From positions 142,707-206,706 of the forward strand of contig JAUCBJ010007728.1 of the NCBI GenBank assembly GCA_032718475.1: a DNA stretch of 64,000 nucleotides, written 5' to 3'. The translations under genes were made by a program, and so were the position numbers. The first letter of the stretch is position 1; every line of letters starts with the position of its first letter. Shown piece after piece: positions 37,001-52,000 of this stretch. Under the pieces are notes generated by a model that did not search any database, had not been told where the DNA came from, and saw only the letters and a program-made list of their open reading frames with translations. Source of the stretch: Nemertoderma westbladi (taxonomy: Eukaryota; Animalia; Xenacoelomorpha).

Positions 37001-40000
37001 CAAAATCATTGGTGTTTTTCAGCAATAATTTATCAAAATATCCTCTGATTTTTTACAACAACCATATCGATTTTCATATTTTTACCTTCTAACCCACCCC
37101 ACGAGCTAGAGAACATTTTCGATCAATGTCAAAATCATTGGTGTTTTTCTGCAATAATTTATCAAAATATCCTCTGATTCTTTACTATAACCATATCGAT
37201 TTTAATATTTATAACTTCTAACCCACTCCACGAGATAGAGAATCTTAAATGAAAGTCAAAAGAACAGGTAACACTTACATTTATAGCAGTAATCAGCTGT
37301 TATATGCTACGTATTTCCGCTGGAGATGAATGAATTTTGATTGTGTCAGAACACCCCCTATCTGTGGTTGTATGAGTGGAGAGATAAGTAGCCTATCTCC
37401 CTATTAATATTGTTGTGTTCTAGAATATTTATTATAGTTTCATCGTATTGCTAAAGTGGCTGGAGCTAAAGTTATTATGTAATGCAATAATTCACCTCAA
37501 ATATCTCAGCTATTTCATGAACATAATGAAGTATTAAAGTCATGTCAAAATCATTGGTGTTTTTCTGCAATAATTTATCAAAATATCCTCTGATTTTTTA
37601 CTATAACCATATCGATTTTAATATTTATAACTTCTAACCCACTCCATGAGATAGATAATCTTAAATGAAAGTCAAAAAAACAGGTAGCACTTACATTTAT
37701 AGAAGTAATAAGCTGTTATTTGCTACGTCTTTCCGCTGGAGATGGTTGAATTTTGATTGTGTCAGAACACCCCCTATCTGTGGCTGTCTGAGTGGAGAGA
37801 TAAGTAGCCTATCTCCCTATTAATATTGTTATGTTCTAGAATATTTATTATAGTTTCATCGTATTGCTAAAGTGGCTGGAGCTAAAGTTATTATGTAATG
37901 CAATAATTCACCTCAAATATCTCAGCTATTTCATGAACATAATGAAGTATTAAAGTCATGTCAAAATCATTGGTGTTTTTCTGCAATAATTTATCAAAAT
38001 ATCCTCTGGTTCTTTACTATAACCATATCGATTTTAATATTTATAACTTCTAACCCACTCCACGAGATAGAGAATCTTAAATGAAAGTCAAAAGAACAGG
38101 TAACACTTACATTTATAGCAGTAATCAGCTGTTATATGCTACGTATTTCCGCTGGAGATGAATTAATTTCGATTGTGTCAGAACACCCCCTATCTGTGGT
38201 TGTATGAGTGGAGAGATAAGTAGCCTATCTCCCTATTAATATTACTGTGTTCTAGAATATTTATTATTGTTTTATCGTATTGCTAAAGTGGTTGGAGCTA
38301 AAGTTATTATGTAATGCAGTAATTCACCTCAAATATCTCAGCTATTTCATGAACATAATGAAGTATTAAAGCCATGTCAAAATAATTGCTGTTTTTCTGC
38401 AATAATTTATTATCAAAATATCCTCTGATTTTTTTCAAAAACCATATCGATTTTCATATTTATAACTTCTAACCCACTCCACGAGATAGAGAATCTTAAA
38501 TGAAAGTCAAAAGAACAGTTAACACTACCATTTATAGCAGTAATCAACTGTTATATGCTACGTATTTCCGCTGGAGATGAATGAATTTTGATTGTGTCAG
38601 AACACCACCTATCTGTGGTTGTATTAGTGGAGAGATAAGTATCCTATCTCCCTATTAATATTGTTGTGTTCTAGAATATTTTTTATAGTTTCATCGTATT
38701 GCCAAAGTGACTGGAGCTGAAGTTAACTCATAATACAATAATTCACCTCAAATATCTCAGCTATTTCATGAACATAATGAAGTATTAAAGCCATGTCAAA
38801 ATCATTGGTGTTTTTCTGCAATAATTTATCAAAATATCCTCTGATTTTTTACAACAACCATATCGATTTTCATATTTATACCTTCTAACCTACCCCACGA
38901 GATAGAGAATCTTAAATGAAAGTCAAAAGAACAGGTAACACTTACATTTATAGAAGTAATCAGCTGTTATTTGCTTCGTCTTTCTGCGGGAGATGGATGA
39001 ATTTTAATTGTGTCAGAACACCCCATATCTGTGGATGTCTGAGAGGAGAGATAAGTATCTTATCTCCCTATTAATATTGTTGTGTTCTAGAATATTTATT
39101 ATTGTTTCATCGTATTGCCAAAGTGACTGGAGCTAAAGTTATTATGTAATGCAATAATTCACCACAAATATCTCAGCTATTTCATGAACATAATGAAGTA
39201 TTAAAGCCATGTCAAAATAATTTGTGTTTTTCTGCAATAATTTATCAAAATATCCTCTGTTTTTTTTCAAAAACCATATCGATTTTCTTATTTATATATT
39301 CTAACCCACTCCACGAGATAGAGAATCTTAAATGAAAGTCAAAAGAACAGGTAACACTTACATTTATAGAAGTAATAAGCTGTTATTTGCTACGTCTTTC
39401 CGCTGGAGATGGTTGAATTTTGATTGTGTCAGAACACCCCCTATCTATGGCTGTCTGAGTGGAGAGATAAGTAGCTTATCTCCCTATTAATATTGTTGTG
39501 TTCTAGAATATTTATTATAGTTTCATCGTATTGCTAAAGTGGCTGGAGCTAAAGTTATTATGTAATGCAATAATTCACCTCAAATATCTCAGCTATTTCA
39601 TGAACATAATGAAGTATTAAAGTCATGTCAAAATCATTGGTGTTTTTCTGCAATAATTTATCAAAATATCCTCTGGTTCTTTACTATAACCATATCGATT
39701 TTAATATTTATAACTTCTAACCCACTCCACGAGATAGAGAATCTTAAATGAAAGTCAAAAGAACAGGTAACACTTACATTTATAGCAGTAATCAGCTGTT
39801 ATATGCTACGTATTTCCGCTGGAGATGAATGAATTTCGATTGTGTCAGAACACCCCCTATCTGTGGTTGTATGAGAGGAGAGATAAGTAGCCTATCTCCC
39901 TATAAATATTACTGTGTTCTAGAATATTTATTATTGTTTCATCAGATTGCTAAAGTGGTTGGAGCTAAAGTTATTATTTAATGCAATAATTCACCTCAAA

Positions 40001-43000
40001 TTTCTCAGCTATTTCATGAACATAATGAAGTATTAAAGCCATATCAAAATCATTGGTGTTTTTCTGCAATAATTTATCAAAATATCCTCTGATTTTTTAC
40101 AACAACCATATCGATTTTCATATTTATATCTTCTAACCCACTCCACGAGATAGAGAATCTTAAATGAAAGTCAAAAGAACAGGTAACACTTACATTTTTG
40201 GAAGTAATAAGCTGTTATTTGCTACATCTTTCCGCTGGAGATGGTTGAATTTTGATTGTGTCAGAACACCCCCTATCTGTGGCTGTCTGAGTGGAGAGAT
40301 AAGTAGCCTATCTCCCTATTCATATTGTTGTGTTCTAGAATATTTATTATTGTTTCATCGTATTGCCAAAGTGACTGGAGCTAAAGTTATTATGTAATGC
40401 AATAATTCACCACAAATATCTCAGCTATTTCATGAACATAATGAAGTATTAAAGCCATGTCAAAATAATTTGTGTTTTTCTGCAATAATTTATCAAAATA
40501 TCCTGTTTTTTCAAAAACCATATCGATTTTCTTATTTATATATTCTAACCCACTCCACGAGATAGAGAATGTTAAATGAAAGTCAAAAGAACAGGTAACA
40601 CTTACATTTATAGCAGTAATCAGCTGTTATTTTCGTATTTCCGCTGGATATGAATGAATTTTGATTGTATCAGAACACCCCTATAGGTGGTTGTATGAGT
40701 GGAGAGATAAGTATCCTATCTCCCTATTAATATTGTTGTGTTCTAGAATATTTTTTATGGTTTCATCGTATTGCCAAAGTAACTGGAGTTGAAGTTAACT
40801 CATAATACAATGATTCACCTCAAATATCTCAGCTATTTCATGAACATAATGAAGTATTAAAGCCATGTCAAAATCATTGGTGTTTTTCTGCAATAATTTA
40901 TCAAAATATCCTCTGTTTTTTTTCAAAAACCATATCGATTTTCATATTTTTAACTTCTAACCCACCCCACGAGCTAGAGAATCTTAAATGAAAGTCAAAA
41001 GAACAGGTAACACTTACATTTATAGCAGTAATCAGCTGTTATATGCTACGTATTTCCGCTGGAGATGAATGAATTTCGATTGTGTCAGAACACCCCCTAT
41101 CTGTGGTTGTATGAGAGGAGAGATAAGTATCTTATCTCCCTATTAATATTGTTGTGTTCTAGAATATTTATTATTGTTTCATCGTATTGCCAAAGTCACT
41201 GGAGCTAAAGTTATTATGTAATGCAATAATTCACCACAAATATCTCAGCTATTTCATGAACATAATGAAGTATTAAAGCCATGTCAAAATCATTGGTGTT
41301 TTTCTGCAATAATTTATCAAAATATCCTCTGTTTTTTTTCAAAAACCATATCGATTTTCTTATTTATATATTCTAACCCACTCCACGAGATAGAGAATCT
41401 TAAATGAAAGTCAAAAGAACAGGTAACACTTACATTTATAGAAGTAATAAGCTGTTATTTGCTACGTCTTTCCGCTGGAGATGGTTGAATTTTGATTGTG
41501 TCAGAACACCCCCTATCTATGGCTGTCTGAGTGGAGAGATAAGTAGCTTATCTCCCTATTAATATTGTTGTGTTCTAGAATATTTATTATAGTTTCATCG
41601 TATTGCTAAAGTGGCTGGAGCTAAAGTTATTATGTAATGCAATAATTCACCTCAAATATCTCAGCTATTTCATGAACATAATGAAGTATTAAAGTCATGT
41701 CAAAATCATTGGTGTTTTTCTGCAATAATTTATCAAAATATCCTCTGGTTCTTTACTATAACCATATCGATTTTAATATTTATAACTTCTAACCCACTCC
41801 ACGAGATAGAGAATCTTAAATGAAAGTCAAAAGAACAGGTAACACTTACATTTATAGCAGTAATCAGCTGTTATATGCTACGTATTTCCGCTGGAGATGA
41901 ATGAATTTCGATTGTGTCAGAACACCCCCTATCTGTGGTTGTATGAGAGGAGAGATAAGTAGCCTATCTCCCTATAAATATTACTGTGTTCTAGAATATT
42001 TATTATTGTTTCATCAGATTGCTAAAGTGGTTGGAGCTAAAGTTATTATTTAATGCAATAATTCACCTCAAATTTCTCAGCTATTTCATGAACATAATGA
42101 AGTATTAAAGCCATATCAAAATCATTGGTGTTTTTCTGCAATAATTTATCAAAATATCCTCTGATTTTTTACAACAACCATATCGATTTTCATATTTATA
42201 TCTTCTAACCCACTCCACGAGATAGAGAATCTTAAATGAAAGTCAAAAGAACAGGTAACACTTACATTTTTGGAAGTAATAAGCTGTTATTTGCTACATC
42301 TTTCCGCTGGAGATGGTTGAATTTTGATTGTGTCAGAACACCCCCTATCTGTGGCTGTCTGAGTGGAGAGATAAGTAGCCTATATCCCTATTCATATTGT
42401 TGTGTTCTAGAATATTTATTATTGTTTCATCGTATTGCCAAAGTGACTGGAGCTAAAGTTATTATGTAATGCAATAATTCACCACAAATATCTCAGCTAT
42501 TTCATGAACATAATGAAGTATTAAAGCCATGTCAAAATAATTTGTGTTTTTCTGCAATAATTTATCAAAATATCCTGTTTTTTCAAAAACCATATCGATT
42601 TTCTTATTTATATATTCTAACCCACTCCACGAGATAGAGAATGTTAAATGAAAGTCAAAAGAACAGGTAACACTTACATTTATAGCAGTAATCAGCTGTT
42701 ATTTTCGTATTTCCGCTGGATATGAATGAATTTTGATTGTATCAGAACACCCCTATAGGTGGTTGTATGAGTGGAGAGATAAGTATCCTATCTCCCTATT
42801 AATATTGTTGTGTTCTAGAATATTTTTTATGGTTTCATCGTATTGCCAAAGTAACTGGAGTTGAAGTTAACTCATAATACAATGATTCACCTCAAATATC
42901 TCAGCTATTTCATGAACATAATGAAGTATTAAAGCCATGTCAAAATCATTGGTGTTTTTCTGCAATAATTTATCAAAATATCCTCTGTTTTTTTTCAAAA

Positions 43001-46000
43001 ACCATATCGATTTTCATATTTTTACCTTCTAACCCACCCCACGAGCTAGAGAATCTTAAATGAAAGTCAAAAGAACAGGTAACACTTACATTTATAGCAG
43101 TAATCAGCTGTTATATGCTACGTATTTCCGCTGGAGATGAATGAATTTCGATTGTGTCAGAACACCCCCTATCTGTGGTTGTATGAGAGGAGAGATAAGT
43201 ATCTTATCTCCCTATTAATATTGTTGTGTTCTAGAATATTTATTATTGTTTCATCGTATTGCCAAAGTCACTGGAGCTAAAGTTATTATGTAATGCAATA
43301 ATTCACCACAAATATCTCAGCTATTTCATGAACATAATGAAGTATTAAAGCCATGTCAAAATCATTGGTGTTTTTCTGCAATAATTTATCAAAATATCCT
43401 CTGTTTTTTTTCAAAAACCATATCGATTTTCTTATTTATATCTTCTAACCCACTCCACGAGATAGAGAATCTTAAATGAAATTCAAAAGAACAGGTAACA
43501 CTTACATTTATGGAAGTAATAAGCTGTTATTTGCTACATCTTTCTGCTGGAGATGGTTGAATTTTGATTGTGTCAGAACACCCCCTATCTGTGGCTGTCT
43601 GAGTGGAGAGATAAGTAGCCTATCTCCCTATTAATATTGTTATGTTCTAGAATATTTATTATAGTTTCATCGTATTGCTAAAGTGGCTGGAGCTAAAGTT
43701 ATTATGTAATGCAATAATTCACCTCAAATATCTCAGCTATTTCATGAAACTAAAGAAGTATTAAAGCCATGTCAAAATCATTGGTGTTTTTCAGCAATAA
43801 TTTATCAAAATATCCTCTGATTTTTTACAACAACCATATCGATTTTCATATTTTTACCTTCTAACCCACCCCACGAGCTAGAGAATCTTAAATGAAAGTC
43901 AAAAGAACAGGTAACACTTACATTTATAGAAGTAATCAGCTATTATTTGCTACGTCTTTCCACTGGAGATGGATAAATTTTGATTGTGTCAGAACACCCC
44001 CTATCTGTGGATGTCTTAGAGGAGAGATAAGTGTCCTATCTCCCTATTAATATTGTTGTGTTCTAGAATATTTATTATTGTTTCATCGTATTGCCAAATT
44101 GAATGGAGCTAAAGTTATTATGTAATGCAATAATTCACCACAAATATCTCAGCTATTTCATGAACATAATGAAGTATTAAAGCCATGTCAAAATCATTGG
44201 TGTTTTTCTGCAATAATTTTCAAAATATCCTCTGTTTTTTTTCAAAAACCATATCGATTTTCTTATTTATATCTTCTAACCCACTCCACGAGATAGAGAA
44301 TCTTAAATGAAATTCAAAAGAACAGGTAACACTTACATTTATGGAAGTAATAAGCTGTTATTTGCTACATCTTTCTGCTGGAGATGGTTGAATTTTGATT
44401 GTGTCAGAACACCCCCTATCTGTGGCTGTCTGAGTGGAGAGATAAGTAGCCTATCTCCCTATTAATATTGTTATGTTCTAGAATATTTATTATAGTTTCA
44501 TCGTATTGCTAAAGTGGCTGGAGCTAAAGTTATTATGTAATGCAATAATTCACCTCAAATATCTCAGCTATTTCATGAAACTAATGAAGTATTAAAGCCA
44601 TGTCAAAATCATTGGTGTTTTTCAGCAATAATTTATCAAAATATCCTCTGATTTTTTACAACAACCATATCGATTTTCATATTTTTACCTTCTAACCCAC
44701 CCCACGAGCTAGAGAATCTTAAATGAAAGTCAAAAGAACAGGTAACACTTACATTTATAGAAGTAATCAGCTATTATTTGCTACGTCTTTCCACTGGAGA
44801 TGGATAAATTTTGATTGTGTCAGAACACCCCCTATCTGTGGATGTCTTAGAGGAGAGATAAGTGTCCTATCTCCCTATTAATATTGTTGTGTTCTAGAAT
44901 ATTTATTATTGTTTCATCGTATTGCCAAAGTGAATGGAGCTAAAGTTATTATGTAATGCAATAATTCACCACAAATATCTCAGCTATTTCATGAACATAA
45001 TGAAGTATTAAAGCCATGTCAAAATAATTGGTGTTTTTCTGCAATAATTTATCAAAATATCCTCTGTTTTTTTTTCAAAAACCATATCGATTTTCTTATT
45101 TATATATTCTAACCCACTTCACGAGATAGAGAATCTTAAATGAAAGTCAAAAGAACAGGTGACACTTACATTTATAGAAGTAATAAGCTGTTATTTGCTA
45201 CGTCTTTCTGCTGGAGATGGTTGAATTTTGATTGTGTCAGAACACCCCCTATCTGTGGCTGTCTGAGTGGAGAGATAAGTAGCCTATCTCCCTATTAATA
45301 TTGTTATGTTCTAGAATATTTATTATAGTTTCATCGTATTGCTAAAGTGGCTGGAGCTAAAGTTATTATGTAATGCAATAATTCACCTCAAATATCTCAG
45401 CTATTTCATGAAACTAATGAAGTATTAAAGTCATGTCAAAATCATTGGTGTTTTTCTGCAATAATTTATCAACATATCCTCTGTTTTCTTTCAAAAACCA
45501 TATCGATTTTCTTATTTATATCTTCTAACCCACTCCACGAGATAGAGAATCTTAAATTAAAGTCAAAAGAACAGGTAACACTTACATTTATAGAAGTATT
45601 AAGCTGTTATTTGCTACGTCTTTCTGCTGGAGATGGTTGAATTTTGATTGTGTCAGAACACCCCCTATCTGTGGTTGTATGAGTGGAGAGATAAGTATCC
45701 TATCTCCCTAATAATATTGTTGTGTTCTAGAATATTTTTTATAGTTTCATCGTATTGCCAAAGTGACTGGAGCTGAAGTTAACTCATAATACAATAATTC
45801 ACCTCAAATATCTCAGCTATTTCATGAACATAATGAAGTATTAAAGCCATGTCAAAATCATTGGTGTTTTTCTGCAATAATTTATCAAAATATCCTCTGA
45901 TTCTTTACTATAACCATATCGATTTTAATATTTATAACTTCTAACCCACTCCACGAGATAGAGAATCTTAAATGAAAGTCAAAAGAACAGGTAACACTTA

Positions 46001-49000
46001 CATTTATAGCAGTAATCAGCTGTTATATGCTACGTATTTCCGCTGGAGATGAATGAATTTTGATTGTGTCAGAACACCCCCTATCTGTGGTTGTATGAGT
46101 GGAGAGATAAGTAGCCTATCTCCCTATTAATATTGTTGTGTTCTAGAATATTTATTATAGTTTCATCGTATTGCTAAAGTGGCTGGAGCTAAAGTTATTA
46201 TGTAATGCAATAATTCACCTCAAATATCTCAGCTATTTCATGAACATAATGAAGTATTAAAGTCATGTCAAAATCATTGGTGTTTTTCTGCAATAATTTA
46301 TCAAAATATCCTCTGATTTTTTACTATAACCATATCGATTTTAATATTTATAACTTCTAACCCACTCCATGAGATAGAGAATCTTAAATGAAAGTCAAAA
46401 AAACAGGTAGCACTTACATTTATAGAAGTAATAAGCTGTTATTTGCTACGTCTTTCCGCTGGAGATGGTTGAATTTTGATTGTGTCAGAACACCCCCTAT
46501 CTGTGGCTGTCTGAGTGGAGAGATAAGTAGCCTATCTCCCTATTAATATTGTTATGTTCTAGAATATTTATTATAGTTTCATCGTATTGCTAAAGTGGCT
46601 GGAGCTGAAGTTAACTCATATTACAATAATTCACCTCAAATATCTCAGCTATTTCATGAACATAATGAAGTATTAAAGCCATGTCAAAATCCTTGGTATT
46701 TTTCTGCAATAATTTATCAAAATATCCTCTGTTTTTTTTTTAAAACCATATCGATTTTCTTATTTATATCTTCTAACCCACTCCACGAGATAGAGAATCT
46801 TAAATGAAATTCAAAAGAACAGGTAACACTTAAATTTATGGAAGTAATAAGCTGTTATTTGCTACATCTTTCCGCTGGAGATGGTTGAATTTTGATTGTG
46901 TCAGAACACCCCCTATCTGTGGCTGTCTGAGTGGAGAGATAAGTACCCTATCTCCCTATTAATATTGTTGTGTTCTAGAATATTTTTTATAGTTTCATCG
47001 TATTGCCAAAGTGACTGGAGCTGAAGTTAACTCATATTACAATAATTCACCTCAAATATCTCAGCTATTTCATGAACATAATGAAGTATTAAAGCCATGT
47101 CAAAATCATTGGTGTTTTTCTGCAATAATTTATCAAAATATCCTCTGTTTTTTTACAACAACCATATCGATTTTCATATTTATACCTTCTAACCCACTCC
47201 ACGAGATAGAGAATCTTAAATGAAAGTCAAAAGAACAGGTAACACTTACATTTATAGAAGTAATCAGCTATTATTTGCTACGTCTTTCCACTGGAGATGG
47301 ATGAATTTTGATTGTGTCAGAACACCCCCTATCTGTGGATGTCTGAGAGGAGAGATAAGTGTCCTATCTCCCTATTAATATTGTTGTGTTCTAGAATATT
47401 TATTACTGTTTCATCGTATTGCCAAAGTGAATGGAGCTAAAGTTATTATGTAATGCAATAATTCACCACAAATATCTCAGCTATTTCATGAACATAATGA
47501 AGTATTAAAGCCATGTCAAAATAATTTGTGTTTTTCTGCAATAATTTATCAAAATATCCTGTTTTTTCAAAAACCATATCGATTTTCTTATTTATATATT
47601 CTAACCCACTCCACGAGATAGAGAATGTTAAATGAAAGTCAAAAGAACAGGTAACACTTACATTTATAGCAGTAATCAGCTGTTATTTTCGTATTTCCGC
47701 TGGATATGAATGAATTTTGATTGTATCAGAACACCCCTATAGGTGGTTGTATGAGAGGAGAGATAAGTATCTTATCTCCCTATTAATATTGTTGTGTTCT
47801 AGAATATTTATTATTGTTTCATCGTATTGCCAAAGTCACTGGAGCTAAAGTTATTATGTAATGCAATAATTCACCACAAATATCTCAGCTATTTCATGAA
47901 CATAATGAAGTATTAAAGCCATGTCAAAATAATTTGTGTTTTTCTGCAATAATTTATCAAAATATCCTGTTTTTTCAAAAACCATATCGATTTTCTTATT
48001 TATATATTCTAACCCACTCCACGAGCTAGAGAATCTTAAATGAAAGTCAAAAGAACAGGTAACACTTACATTTATAGCAGTAATCAGCTGTTATATGCTA
48101 CGTATTTCCGCTGGAGATGAATGAATTTCGATTGTGTCAGAACACCCCCTATCTGTGGTTGTATGAGAGGAGAGATAAGTATCTTATCTCCCTATTAATA
48201 TTGTTGTGTTCTAGAATATTTATTATTGTTTCATCGTATTGCCAAAGTCACTGGAGCTAAAGTTATTATGTAATGCAATAATTCACCACAAATATCTCAG
48301 CTATTTCATGAACATAATGAAGTATTAAAGCCATGTCAAAATCATTGGTGTTTTTCTGCAATAATTTATCAAAATATCCTCTGTTTTTTTTCAAAAACCA
48401 TATCGATTTTCTTATTTATATCTTCTAACCCACTCCACGAGATAGAGAATCTTAAATGAAATTCAAAAGAACAGGTAACACTTACATTTATGGAAGTAAT
48501 AAGCTGTTATTTGCTACATCTTTCTGCTGGAGATGGTTGAATTTTGATTGTGTCAGAACACCCCCTATCTGTGGCTATCTGAGTGGAGAGATAAGTAGCC
48601 TATCTCCCTATTAATATTGTTATGTTCTAGAATATTTATTATAGTTTCATCGTATTGCTAAAGTGGCTGGAGCTAAAGTTATTATGTAATGCAATAATTC
48701 ACCTCAAATATCTCAGCTATTTCATGAAACTAAAGAAGTATTAAAGCCATGTCAAAATCATTGGTGTTTTTCAGCAATAATTTATCAAAATATCCTCTGA
48801 TTTTTTACAACAACCATATCGATTTTCATATTTTTACCTTCTAACCCACCCCACGAGCTAGAGAATCTTAAATGAAAGTCAAAAGAACAGGTAACACTTA
48901 CATTTATAGAAGTAATCAGCTATTATTTGCTACGTCTTTCCACTGGAGATGGATAAATTTTGATTGTGTCAGAACACCCCCTATCTGTGGATGTCTTAGA

Positions 49001-52000
49001 GGAGAGATAAGTGTCCTATCTCCCTATTAATATTGTTGTGTTCTAGAATATTTATTATTGTTTCATCGTATTGCCAAAGTGAATGGAGCTAAAGTTATTA
49101 TGTAATGCAATAATTCACCACAAATATCTCAGCTATTTCATGAACATAATGAAGTATTAAAGCCATGTCAAAATCATTGGTGTTTTTCTGCAATAATTTT
49201 CAAAATATCCTCTGTTTTTTTTCAAAAACCATATCGATTTTCTTATTTATATCTTCTAACCCACTCCACGAGATAGAGAATCTTAAATGAAATTCAAAAG
49301 AACAGGTAACACTTACATTTATGGAAGTAATAAGCTGTTATTTGCTACATCTTTCTGCTGGAGATGGTTGAATTTTGATTGTGTCAGAACACCCCCTATC
49401 TGTGGCTGTCTGAGTGGAGAGATAAGTAGCCTATCTCCCTATTAATATTGTTATGTTCTAGAATATTTATTATAGTTTCATCGTATTGCTAAAGTGGCTG
49501 GAGCTAAAGTTATTATGTAATGCAATAATTCACCTCAAATATCTCAGCTATTTCATGAAACTAATGAAGTATTAAAGCCATGTCAAAATCATTGGTGTTT
49601 TTCAGCAATAATTTATCAAAATATCCTCTGATTTTTTACAACAACCATATCGATTTTCATATTTTTACCTTCTAACCCACCCCACGAGCTAGAGAATCTT
49701 AAATGAAAGTCAAAAGAACAGGTAACACTTACATTTATAGAAGTAATCAGCTATTATTTGCTACGTCTTTCCACTGGAGATGGATAAATTTTGATTGTGT
49801 CAGAACACCCCCTATCTGTGGATGTCTTAGAGGAGAGATAAGTGTCCTATCTCCCTATTAATATTGTTGTGTTCTAGAATATTTATTATTGTTTCATCGT
49901 ATTGCCAAAGTGAATGGAGCTAAAGTTATTATGTAATGCAATAATTCACCACAAATATCTCAGCTATTTCATGAACATAATGAAGTATTAAAGCCATGTC
50001 AAAATAATTGGTGTTTTTCTGCAATAATTTATCAAAATATCCTCTGTTTTTTTTTCAAAAACCATATCGATTTTCTTATTTATATATTCTAACCCACTTC
50101 ACGAGATAGAGAATCTTAAATGAAAGTCAAAAGAACAGGTGACACTTACATTTATAGAAGTAATAAGCTGTTATTTGCTACGTCTTTCTGCTGGAGATGG
50201 TTGAATTTTGATTGTGTCAGAACACCCCCTATCTGTGGTTGTATGAGTGGAGAGATAAGTAGCCTATCTCCCTATTAATATTGTTGTGTTCTAGAATATT
50301 TATTATAGTTTCATCGTATTGCTAAAGTGGCTGGAGCTAAAGTTATTATGTAATGCAATAATTCACCTCAAATATCTCAGCTATTTCATGAACATAATGA
50401 AGTATTAAAGTCATGTCAAAATCATTGGTGTTTTTCTGCAATAATTTATCAAAATATCCTCTGATTTTTTACTATAACCATATCGATTTTAATATTTATA
50501 ACTTCTAACCCACTCCATGAGATAGAGAATCTTAAATGAAAGTCAAAAAAACAGGTAGCACTTACATTTATAGAAGTAATAAGCTGTTATTTGCTACGTC
50601 TTTCCGCTGGAGATGGTTGAATTTTGATTGTGTCAGAACACCCCCTATCTGTGGCTGTCTGAGTGGAGAGATAAGTAGCCTATCTCCCTATTAATATTGT
50701 TATGTTCTAGAATATTTATTATAGTTTCATCGTATTGCTAAAGTGGCTGGAGCTGAAGTTAACTCATATTACAATAATTCACCTCAAATATCTCAGCTAT
50801 TTCATGAACATAATGAAGTATTAAAGCCATGTCAAAATCCTTGGTATTTTTCTGCAATAATTTATCAAAATATCCTCTGTTTTTTTTTTAAAACCATATC
50901 GATTTTCTTATTTATATCTTCTAACCCACTCCACGAGATAGAGAATCTTAAATGAAATTCAAAAGAACAGGTAACACTTAAATTTATGGAAGTAATAAGC
51001 TGTTATTTGCTACATCTTTCCGCTGGAGATGGTTGAATTTTGATTGTGTCAGAACACCCCCTATCTGTGGCTGTCTGAGTGGAGAGATAAGTACCCTATC
51101 TCCCTATTAATATTGTTGTGTTCTAGAATATTTTTTATAGTTTCATCGTATTGCCAAAGTGACTGGAGCTGAAGTTAACTCATATTACAATAATTCACCT
51201 CAAATATCTCAGCTATTTCATGAACATAATGAAGTATTAAAGCCATGTCAAAATCATTGGTGTTTTTCTGCAATAATTTATCAAAATATCCTCTGTTTTT
51301 TTACAACAACCATATCGATTTTCATATTTATACCTTCTAACCCACTCCACGAGATAGAGAATCTTAAATGAAAGTCAAAAGAACAGGTAACACTTACATT
51401 TATAGAAGTAATCAGCTATTATTTGCTACGTCTTTCCACTGGAGATGGATGAATTTTGATTGTGTCAGAACACCCCCTATCTGTGGATGTCTGAGAGGAG
51501 AGATAAGTGTCCTATCTCCCTATTAATATTGTTGTGTTCTAGAATATTTATTACTGTTTCATCGTATTGCCAAAGTGAATGGAGCTAAAGTTATTATGTA
51601 ATGCAATAATTCACCACAAATATCTCAGATATTTCATGAACATAATGAAGTATTAAAGCCATGTCAAAATAATTGGTGTTTTTCTGCAATAATTTATCAA
51701 AATATCCTCTGTTTTTTTTCAAAAACCATATCGATTTTAATATTTATAACTTCTAACCCACTCCACGAGATAGAGAATCTTAAATGAAAGTCAAAAGAAC
51801 AGGTAACACTTACATTTATAGCAGTAATCAGCCGTTATATGATACGTATTTCCGCTGGAGATGAATGAATTTTGATTGTGTCAGAACACCCTCTATCTGT
51901 GGTTGTATGAGTGGAGAGATAAGTAGCCTATCTCCCTATTAATTTTACTGTGTTCTAGAATATTTATTATTGTTTTATCGTATTGCTAAAGTGGTTGGAG

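Noticed and set aside
35449-51371. Repeated 69-77 aa ORFs in the satellite
   Set aside because: Chance frames that are broken in most monomers and have no recognisable motif.
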